Below, in pieces: positions 10,962 through 18,733 of a stretch of 64,000 nt of DNA (within the stretch, counting starts at the first letter, position 1; every line of letters starts with the position of its first letter). The notes under the pieces were generated by a model. The model was given only the letters and a program-made list of their open reading frames with translations, made no database searches and was not told the DNA's origin. The DNA lies in contig CBDCOX010000002.1 in the NCBI GenBank assembly GCA_965219995.1, forward strand, positions 1,760,001 through 1,824,000, read 5' to 3'. Origin of the DNA: Candidatus Latescibacterota bacterium (GTDB lineage: Bacteria; Latescibacterota; UBA2968; GCA-2709665). The position numbers and the translations under genes are program-made.

Positions 10962-13106
10962 GTGGAATCGCCAAAGCAGGAACCCATCGTGAAAACCGAC
11001 ACCAACTGGAAATCCCGCATCCGTCCCGACCACCCCCGGATCTTCATCAACGGCGACACGCTGCCGGCGATCCGCGCGCGTGCCGCGGGCGGATGCAACG
11101 ACCACTACCTCGAGGTCAGGTCGTTCGCCGAGTCGACGCCTGAGATGGAATGGGCCGCGATCGTCAGGCCGCCGCCCCTGCCCGACGGCACGGAAGTGCG
11201 CGATTGGGGCCATCGGATGATGTGCTCCGCCATCGTCCATCTCGTGGAACCTGCGGCCGACCGACGTACACGGCTCATTTCCGAATTGCGCGCGAGCGCG
11301 GAATACTACCACGCCTGTTACGCGGAGGACGAATCCGTCAACTGGTATGCCGCGAGCCGCGCCGCGTGCCTGGTTACCCTGGACTGGATCTGGAATGAAC
11401 TCGACCCGGAGGACCGGCGCGAGATCGGCCTGCGTCTGCTGGACCACGTGGACGAAGCGCTTCACAAGCCCGGCATCCGTCGCCGCAACGGTTCCGACCA
11501 CCGCAGCGGATTCTACGGCGCGCCCAGCCTGGCCTGGTTCGCGGGCCTCCTGCTTTACGGAGAAGGCTTCGACGACGATCGGGCGGCCCGTTTTCTCGAT
11601 CAGGGATACGACGACCACGTCAAGCTGCTGGTTCACCGCGCGTCCTCGTGCGGCGACGACGGCGGCGAAGCTTCGCCCACGCTCGGGTACGCGTTCGGCG
11701 AATACCCCCTGGCGCAATGGAACTTCATCCATACCGTCCAATCGTCGACCGGTGAAGACATTTCCGGAAACTGGCCGCACATCCGCATGTTTCCCAACTA
11801 TGTCATCTGGAACTGGCTTCCCGGCGACCTCGAGTTCGGGTACGGCGACAACGCACACACCGATAACCGAATGCGGACTAACTGGATGTACACCCATATG
11901 TCCCACATCATGCACTTCTTCGGCGGGACCCATCCGGAGTGGGCCGGACTGGCGCGAACCATTCGGGACATGGCCGGCGGCGGATTCCCGCCGGACAAGT
12001 GGCCGATCTATCCGTTTCTGCTCGACGGTCCGGATACCGCGCCTCCGGCTCGAGGGCCGGGCATCCTTCCGCCCGCCCGTCATTTCGAGAACCTGGGTCA
12101 ACTCTTCATGCGTTCAGGTTCCAGTGACGCCGACACGTATGCCCTGTTTTGCGGCGGGGGCAGCCTGAGAAGCCACCGCCATTACGACGCCACTCACTTT
12201 ACGATTTTCAAGAACGGATTCCTCGCGCTTGACAGCGGCACACGCCAGGGAAACACCGACAACCTGCAGAACTACTACGCGCAGACGGTCGCCCACAACT
12301 GCGTCCTTATCAAGATGCCCGGCGAAGCGCCATCGCCGTACTGGAACGGCGAGGTCTACGGGCAGGCCGGTGGACAGAACAAACCAATCGGCTCGGAGAT
12401 TACCGCTTTCGAAACCAACCCCGAGTTCACATACGTCGCCGCCGACGCCACTCCGGTCTACAATGCCGACAAATGCGCCCTCATGGTCCGGCAGTTCGTC
12501 TTTCTGCCGCCCGACCATTTCGTCGTATTCGACCGGGTCACGTCCACTTGCGCCGGGTACGACAAGACCTGGCTTCTGCACCACGCCAACGAACCCGTGG
12601 TCGAAGGCGCCTCATGGCGGTCGGACCAGCATCAGGGACGCATTATTGCGCGGACACTGTTACCGGAAGACGCCGTGCTGGACAAGGTCGGCGGGCCGGG
12701 CAGGGAATTCCTCGCCGACGGCGTCAACTATGCGATCGACGAGGGCCCGTCGCGGCTCATCGTTGAGAACAAATATCCGATCGGCAGGATGCAGTACGAC
12801 GAAATTCCCGAGCTTATGGGCCGCTGGCGGATGGAAGTCAGACCGGGCACGGACCGCAAAGAGGACCTGTTCCTGCATCTCATACAGGTTGGAGATCGGA
12901 ATCTGCAAAGGATGGACGAAGCGGATGTCAGCGTCTCCCGGAACGGTGTCGAACTCGACTTCATCGCGTGCGGCAGTCGCGTCGTGATCTCGTTCGCGGC
13001 CTCCGGAGAGACCGGCGGTCATATCACGCGTATCCGGAACGGGGAGCGGCTTGTAGACAAGGACCTCGCCGGGGATGTACAGGCCCAGGCCGGTCTCGCC
13101 ACATAA
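10962..13106 (+). CDS. Heparinase II/III family polysaccharide lyase
   Basis: HPRIF N-terminus, FMRSG, HRHYDATHFTIFKNGFLALDSG, YYAQTVAHNCVLI, FVVFDRV and KTWLLH motifs. Start may be GTG 10989. Confidence 0.85.
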   Translation: MESPKQEPIVKTDTNWKSRIRPDHPRIFINGDTLPAIRARAAGGCNDHYLEVRSFAESTPEMEWAAIVRPPPLPDGTEVRDWGHRMMCSAIVHLVEPAADRRTRLISELRASAEYYHACYAEDESVNWYAASRAACLVTLDWIWNELDPEDRREIGLRLLDHVDEALHKPGIRRRNGSDHRSGFYGAPSLAWFAGLLLYGEGFDDDRAARFLDQGYDDHVKLLVHRASSCGDDGGEASPTLGYAFGEYPLAQWNFIHTVQSSTGEDISGNWPHIRMFPNYVIWNWLPGDLEFGYGDNAHTDNRMRTNWMYTHMSHIMHFFGGTHPEWAGLARTIRDMAGGGFPPDKWPIYPFLLDGPDTAPPARGPGILPPARHFENLGQLFMRSGSSDADTYALFCGGGSLRSHRHYDATHFTIFKNGFLALDSGTRQGNTDNLQNYYAQTVAHNCVLIKMPGEAPSPYWNGEVYGQAGGQNKPIGSEITAFETNPEFTYVAADATPVYNADKCALMVRQFVFLPPDHFVVFDRVTSTCAGYDKTWLLHHANEPVVEGASWRSDQHQGRIIARTLLPEDAVLDKVGGPGREFLADGVNYAIDEGPSRLIVENKYPIGRMQYDEIPELMGRWRMEVRPGTDRKEDLFLHLIQVGDRNLQRMDEADVSVSRNGVELDFIACGSRVVISFAASGETGGHITRIRNGERLVDKDLAGDVQAQAGLAT

Positions 13107-13170
13107 GGGCAGGTTCGGGCGGGCCGATGAAAGGTCTCAAGTTTCTCACCCTTTGACGAAGAGACGCCAG

Positions 13171-14073
13171 ATGACCGAATTTCGGGGCATCTACCCCGCG
13201 CTGATTACGCCAATGACGCCTGAAGGAGAATTCAACGAAGCGGCCTTCCGACGGCTCATGGAATACAACATAAGTGCCGGGGCGCACGGCTTCTGGGTAG
13301 CGGGCGGCGCCGGCGAAAGCGTATTGCTGGACGACGAGGAGAATTCCCGCATTGCCGAAGTCGCCGCCGACCAGGCGGCCGGCCGCGCCGGAATCATCAT
13401 GCACGTGGGGGCGCCTACCACCGCGCGCGCCGCCAGGATGGCCGAAAATGCGGCAAACGCCGGCGTCGACGCCATCTGCGCCGTACCTCCTTTCTTCTAC
13501 CGGCCCGGGCCGGACGAGGTCGCAGAACACTACCGGGCGGTCGGCGCGGCCGCGGACCTTCCGCTTTTCATCTACAACATTCCCGGCGCGACCGGCGTCG
13601 AGATCACCCTCGAACTGGCGGAGAAGATCCGGCAGCACGTGCCGCAACTTTCCGGACTGAAGCATTCGGCGCCCGCGTTTGCAAACACCCGTCATTTCGC
13701 CAGTATGGGCCTTTCGTGCCTCATCGGCAGCGCGGCGCTTCTCCTTCCTGCACTCACCATCGGCGCTTCGGGCTGCGTGGATGGCCCCCTGTCACTTTCT
13801 CCGGACGTCTGGGTCAATATCTGGACGGCGTATCACCGCGGAGACATGAAATCCGCCGAAGCCGACCAGAAACGGGCGGCCGAACTCTATACGATCTTCA
13901 ACCGAGCCGGATATATCGCGTCCATGAAGGCCCTGCTATCAGAGAAACTCGGGATCGACTGCGGGGACCCGCGCCCCCCGCAACGCCCGCTCACCGGCGA
14001 GGAGAGAGCCTTTGTCATCCGTACGGCGACAGCGCTGGGGATGATGGAATCCGTAATTGTCGACGGCCGATGA
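13171..14073 (+). CDS. Dihydrodipicolinate synthase/N-acetylneuraminate lyase family class I aldolase
   Basis: GIYPALITP, GGAGES, PPFFY, IYNIP and GLKHS (Schiff-base Lys) motifs. Confidence 0.9.
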   Translation: MTEFRGIYPALITPMTPEGEFNEAAFRRLMEYNISAGAHGFWVAGGAGESVLLDDEENSRIAEVAADQAAGRAGIIMHVGAPTTARAARMAENAANAGVDAICAVPPFFYRPGPDEVAEHYRAVGAAADLPLFIYNIPGATGVEITLELAEKIRQHVPQLSGLKHSAPAFANTRHFASMGLSCLIGSAALLLPALTIGASGCVDGPLSLSPDVWVNIWTAYHRGDMKSAEADQKRAAELYTIFNRAGYIASMKALLSEKLGIDCGDPRPPQRPLTGEERAFVIRTATALGMMESVIVDGR

Positions 14074-14149
14074 CCGTTCAGGAACATGACGATGGACCCG
14101 TCCGTCGCATTTTGCGACACATTGGACCCGATTCACGGAGATTGCGTAT

Positions 14150-15061
14150 ATGATCCCCTTACTCAGCAGCCTGTGCTACGGAACGCTTGAAGTCTGCCAG
14201 CTTCCAAGGACCTGGTGGAAAGTCCTGCTCCGGAACGCGGGCATTCTCGACGAAGAGTATCCCGACGTCAGCGAAGGCCTGGACAAGTCCGTCCTCGAAG
14301 TGCTGAAACTGGACAGAGAGACGACCCTGGCGTATCTGCGGGAGACCACGCCCGACTATCTTCAGTTCGAAGCCTGGGTCCTCGGACAGAACGACGGAAC
14401 GCTGGACCGACAGGCAATCGAAAACTGGAATGATTCCGTGCGCAACCGCGTTCACACGCGACCCGACAAGCTCGAAGAAACCACAGGCGACATCGGCATT
14501 CCCAACGACGGCGCGATCACATCGGCCGTGATCCTCAACAGCCTCCAGGACTGGATGCTCTTCTACAGACGGGACCTGGCGGGGGGATTCTCATCCCTGC
14601 GCGGCACCGTGGTTCCTCTCGTCTCCAGCCTGGACTACGGTCCTCTCAACGTCTGCCAACTCCCTCGTACGTGGCTGAAGATATTGCTCAGGTCCCGGAA
14701 CCTGCTTCACCCGGACTATCCCGATATGACCGAAGACGGACTGGACCCCCGCGTCCTGCGCGCCATCAACATCCGGCCGGACGACGCCCTCCGTTTCATC
14801 AGAGACAATGCGCCTACCTATCTCGACTTCGAAGCCTGGGTTCTGGATAAAAACGACGGCCGTGTCGACCCGCGCGCCGTGGAGGAGTGGAACAGCTTTG
14901 TGCGGACCCGCATCCATACCGAAGAGAAAATCGTCGATATTCACAATACGCTGGGCCTGGCAAACGACGGAAGCCTGACCTCCGCCGTGGTCCTGAACCA
15001 CGTTGAAGACTGGCACTTCGCGCATGCCGACCTGACGGGCAACACCGCCGGGTCGACCTGA
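14150..15061 (+). CDS. Protein of two tandem DUF5069-like domains
   Basis: Internal duplication: PLLSSLCYGTLEVCQLPRTWWK..YP..FEAWVL..LNSLQDW versus PLVSSLDYGPLNVCQLPRTWLK..YP..FEAWVL..LNHVEDW. Confidence 0.65.
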   Translation: MIPLLSSLCYGTLEVCQLPRTWWKVLLRNAGILDEEYPDVSEGLDKSVLEVLKLDRETTLAYLRETTPDYLQFEAWVLGQNDGTLDRQAIENWNDSVRNRVHTRPDKLEETTGDIGIPNDGAITSAVILNSLQDWMLFYRRDLAGGFSSLRGTVVPLVSSLDYGPLNVCQLPRTWLKILLRSRNLLHPDYPDMTEDGLDPRVLRAINIRPDDALRFIRDNAPTYLDFEAWVLDKNDGRVDPRAVEEWNSFVRTRIHTEEKIVDIHNTLGLANDGSLTSAVVLNHVEDWHFAHADLTGNTAGST

Positions 15062-15161
15062 CCGGCCGGCCCAGGCAGAGGGCCGTAGTGGTATTGCGTA
15101 CGACATTGGCGAACATATACGTCTGTCCGTTTCGACATTGGATCAACCATCTGTTTTGTTG

Positions 15162-15209
15162 TTGACATCATCCGAACTTTGAGTTAAAATACCATTAAAT
15201 TCAGGTATT
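15162..15209 (+). promoter_or_regulatory. Sigma70-type promoter with overlapping inverted repeat (candidate operator)
   Basis: TTGACA(15162)-17 nt-TAAAAT(15185); AATACC-N10-GGTATT at 15188-15209. Confidence 0.7.
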
Positions 15210-15249
15210 AGTTTACATTGTCGGAAAACAGCACCGGCCGGATTGTACG

Positions 15250-15440
15250 GGAGGTGATACTCGAAACCACGCCGTTAAGTGTCTCGTCGTTGTACGACTT
15301 GTTTCAGGCGGTGATCGGCGGAAGAATTGGCTACAGCCGGTCACGGGTTTGTTCGGATAAAAAGGGGAGGTGATCGTCGAAACCACGTCGCCAAACGTTT
15401 TGCCGATGTACATCTACGTGAGAAACTGTGGCTCGGGGAA
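15250..15440 (+). repeat. Twin GGAGGTGAT..CCACG..TGTA units, copy 1 (unit starts 15250 and 15366)
   Basis: ggaggtgatactcgaaaccacgccg and ggaggtgatcgtcgaaaccacgtcg lie 116 bp apart; homologous pair at 25378/25493. Confidence 0.75.
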
Positions 15441-15526
15441 TTCCTGAAATGACACGTCGCGCTGTGTGTGAACGGTCGATTCCGTTATAATCCCACACCG
15501 CGTCTCTTCAGATTACCGGCATACCT

Positions 15527-16320
15527 TCCAGGTTGATCCCAGAATCCCATCAAGCACAGTCTCTTCATACGGTTTCATCTCAGTAAATCCCTCGTATTCA
15601 CTTGAATCGGTGTCCGTGGGGCGGTTGGGCTGTACGCCTGCCGCATGAATCACGGGGCTCGCCGGATTCATGTGATTCACTGTCCGGGGTGGGATTGGGT
15701 GGCGCGCCCTGCGCCTTCCGTCAAGGTTGATCTCCCTGTAATCGCGTGATTCACTGTCCGAATTGCATCCGGGTAGCATGCCGTGCATCCTCCTGACGGC
15801 AAACACCCGAATCATATGATTCGCGTTCCACGGGGCGGCTGGCCTGAGCGCCTTTCGCTTTAATCACGGCAATCACTCGTGGCATATGTATCGCAGTCCG
15901 GGTTGTGGATGAGCGGCGCGCCCTGCGTCCTCATTGCGGTTGATCTTCCTGCATTCACGTGAGTCACTGTCGTTGGTGGCCGCTGGATGGCGGATCCTGT
16001 GCCTTCATCACAGTTTTTCACTCTGTTTTCTTGAATCGCTGCCCCGCGTGCGGCCGAGCGGCGCGCCCTGCGCCCTCCAGCACGGCATTCACCCTGATCG
16101 TATGATCCGCTCTCCGTGGTGCGGCTGGGCTGCAAGCCTTCCGCCTTAATCACGGAAATCATTCGAATCATACGGATCACAGGCCGGCGTGCGATTCGGC
16201 GACGTGTCTTCCGCTTCACCTTCCCGGTAAATCTATCATGATCACGGGCATCAAGGCCCGGATTCGGCCGAGCGGCGGGCCGCGCGGTTTGATCAATGTC
16301 AATACGTTCAGTCACAGTCA
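15527..16320. repeat. Degenerate ~71-bp tandem repeat array (~11 units)
   Basis: Unit ends resembling TGAWTCRCWGTCC at 15615, 15685, 15759, 15829, 15899, 15972, 16044, 16115, 16185, 16259 and ~16320. GC-rich linkers are related to each other (ggcgcgccctgcg occurs three times). Confidence 0.75.
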
Positions 16321-16325
16321 CTCCA

Positions 16326-16510
16326 GTGTTCTGTCCCCGAAATAAGTTGCCTAAATTCGGCCGTCGAGTCGCCCGGCTCGCGAGGCGCCAGAGCGCAGGC
16401 GACCTGGCCGGGTCGGCGAGCGATGGCACTTCGACAAGCTCAGTGCAAGCAACGCTGCGAGACGGGATGAATCGGCGGATGAATGGTGAAGTATTTTTGG
16501 GACAGGACAC
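16326..16510. mobile_element. MITE-like element, family A, copy 1
   Basis: Terminal inverted repeats GTGTTCTGTCCCCGAAATA...TATTTTTGGGACAGGACAC; both arms near-identical to 48517-48805. Carries a CTTCGACAAGCTCAG REP-like motif. Confidence 0.75.
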
Positions 16511-16530
16511 TCGTCAGGGAGGGCGTTCAG

Positions 16531-18615
16531 ATGAACAGGACATTGATATTGAGCACTGTTCTTCTCCTGGCGACTGTCTTGTTTGCACCGGACAGCGGTG
16601 CACAGGATTACAATCGCTGGAGCTTGCCCGAAGGGGCCCTGATGCGGCTGGGCAAAGGAGATGTGCGCGACGTGGTCTGGTCGCCGGACGGAACGCGCCT
16701 GGCAGTGGGAGGCAGCATCGGCATCTGGCTCTACGATGCCCGCACCGGGGCGCAAACCCGCCTGATCACAGGACATTCGTTCCGGGTCAATGCGGTTGCG
16801 TTTTCGCCCGACGGCCTGACGCTGGCAAGCGGCAGCCGGGACCATACGGTGCGGCTTTGGTACGTGGCCACAGGACAGGAGAAAAGCATCCTCACAGGAC
16901 ATACCGACGACGTTGAAGCGGTGGCATTCTCGCAGGATGGAACGACGGTGGCAAGCGCCGGAAGCGACTCCACGGTGCGGGTGTGGAACGTGGCCACAGG
17001 GGAGGAACGACACACGCTCACGGGACACGTCGGAAAAGTTGGGGCGGTCGTGTTTTCACCAGATGGTCTGACGCTGGCAAGCGCCGCAAGCGACTCTACC
17101 GTGCGGGTGTGGGACCTGGCCACAGGGGAGGAACGACACACGCTCGCGGGACATGTCGGAGAGGTTTGGTCGGCCATCGGAATGGCCCGGTCGGTCGTGT
17201 TTTCACCAGATGGTCTGACGCTGGCAAGCGCCGCAAGCGACTCTGCGGTACGGGTGTGGGACGTGGCCACAGGGCAGGAGGAATACACCCTTACAGGACA
17301 TACCGATGATGTCTCTTCGGTGGCGTTTTCGCCGGATGGGGCGACGCTGGCAAGCGGCAGTTTCGGCAGGACGGTGCGGGTGTGGGACGTGGCCACCGGA
17401 CAAGAAAGACACGCCCTGACGGGACATACCTCGTCTGTCAGGTCGGTGGTGTTTTCGCCCGATGGGACGACGCTGGCAAGCGCCGACTGGCACAATAAGA
17501 TGCGCGTGTGGGACGTGGAAACGGGGCAGAGACAAAGCACGCTCACCCTCACTGGGCATACGCGCGCAGTACGTTCGGTGGCGTTTTCGCCGGATGGATC
17601 AACGCTGGCCAGTGGCGGTACCGACCTTTCGGTGCGACTGTGGGACGTGGCCACAGGGCAAGATCTACGCACCTTCACAGGACATACCGCTTCGGTCAGG
17701 TCGGTTGCGTTTTCGCCCGACGGGGCGACGCTGGCAAGCGGCAGTTTCGACGGGACGGTGCGGATGTGGGACGTGGCGACAGGGCACGAGAAAAACACGC
17801 TCGAGGGACATTCACGGTTTGTCTGGACGGTGGCATTTTCGCCCGACGGAAAAACGCTGGCAAGCGCGGGCGGAACCGACCTTACGGTGCGGGTGTGGGA
17901 CGTGGCCACAGGGCAGGAAAAACACGTCCTGAGGGGACACACGGCCATCGTCTATTCGGTGGCGTTTTCGCCGGATGGCAGAACGCTGGCAAGTTCCAGT
18001 CAGGACAGGACGGTGCGGTTGTGGGACCCGGCCACAGGGAATGAGAAAAACACGATCGCAGCACATACCCGTTGGATCTATTCGTTGGCGTTTTCACCCG
18101 ATGAGACGACGCTCGCAGGCCCCGATGGCGATGGTACGGTGCGGGTGTGGGACGCGGCGACAGGACGGCTTATTCGCACCCACACTGCATATAAAGAGAG
18201 TTTCCTGTCGGTGGCGTTTTCGCCCGACGGGGCAACCCTCGCGACCGGCAGTCTGCGCAATCCGGTGTGGTTGTGGAACATGGCCACAGGGCAGGATATA
18301 CGCACCTTCACGGGACATACCTTTCCGGTCAGTTCGGTGGTGTTTTCTCCGGATGGGAAAACGCTGGTAAGCGGCAGTTACGACGGCACGATATTGCTGT
18401 GGGACGTCTCGTCACGAACCGCACTGCAACCCCTTGCCGCCGACTTCGACGGCGACGGGGCCGTGGGTTTTTCCGACTACCTGCAATTCGTCGCGAAGTA
18501 CGGGCTGAGCTGGGGAGATGCGGAATATGACGCACGCTTCGATCTGGACGGCGACGGTACCGTCTCGTATGGCGACTGGACGATCTTCAGACGCAGCTTC
18601 GGCCGGGGCGGATGA
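16531..18615 (+). CDS. Secreted WD40 double-propeller protein (14 blades) with C-terminal EF-hand/dockerin-like domain, paralogue 1
   Basis: Signal peptide, QDYNRWSLPEGALMRLGKG, GH..V.SVAFSPDG.TLAS...D.TVRxWD repeats, and an ADFDGDGAVGFSD...FDLDGDG tail; GGAGGG RBS before ATG 16531. Confidence 0.93.
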   Translation: MNRTLILSTVLLLATVLFAPDSGAQDYNRWSLPEGALMRLGKGDVRDVVWSPDGTRLAVGGSIGIWLYDARTGAQTRLITGHSFRVNAVAFSPDGLTLASGSRDHTVRLWYVATGQEKSILTGHTDDVEAVAFSQDGTTVASAGSDSTVRVWNVATGEERHTLTGHVGKVGAVVFSPDGLTLASAASDSTVRVWDLATGEERHTLAGHVGEVWSAIGMARSVVFSPDGLTLASAASDSAVRVWDVATGQEEYTLTGHTDDVSSVAFSPDGATLASGSFGRTVRVWDVATGQERHALTGHTSSVRSVVFSPDGTTLASADWHNKMRVWDVETGQRQSTLTLTGHTRAVRSVAFSPDGSTLASGGTDLSVRLWDVATGQDLRTFTGHTASVRSVAFSPDGATLASGSFDGTVRMWDVATGHEKNTLEGHSRFVWTVAFSPDGKTLASAGGTDLTVRVWDVATGQEKHVLRGHTAIVYSVAFSPDGRTLASSSQDRTVRLWDPATGNEKNTIAAHTRWIYSLAFSPDETTLAGPDGDGTVRVWDAATGRLIRTHTAYKESFLSVAFSPDGATLATGSLRNPVWLWNMATGQDIRTFTGHTFPVSSVVFSPDGKTLVSGSYDGTILLWDVSSRTALQPLAADFDGDGAVGFSDYLQFVAKYGLSWGDAEYDARFDLDGDGTVSYGDWTIFRRSFGRGG

Positions 18616-18733
18616 GGCGCGGGCGCCGTCACTCGCTCCATGTCATACCAAGAGCCACATCAAACACAGTCTCTTCATGGGTTTTTAATCAGCCTTTAAT
18701 CAGCTCTTAATCACAGTCCGGGAGGGTATTCAA
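18616..18733 (+). repeat. Conserved intergenic leader of the WD40 genes (also 20816-20922, 23005-23121, 25640-25752; diverged at 27890-28007; remnant at 15527-15575)
   Basis: Shared core (minor variants) cactcgctcc..gtcat...cacatcaa.cacagtctcttca..ggttttaatcagc.(ttaatcagc)tcttaatcacagtccgggagggtatt..ATG. Confidence 0.85.

Noticed and set aside
15527-16320. CRISPR array (unit size ~38+33 bp)
   Set aside because: Repeats are highly degenerate, the 'spacers' are related to each other, and there are no cas genes in the window.
15860-16530. ORF 15860-16510(-) and the 16483 start for WD40 gene 1
   Set aside because: Both run through MITE/repeat sequence; the true start with RBS and signal peptide is ATG 16531.
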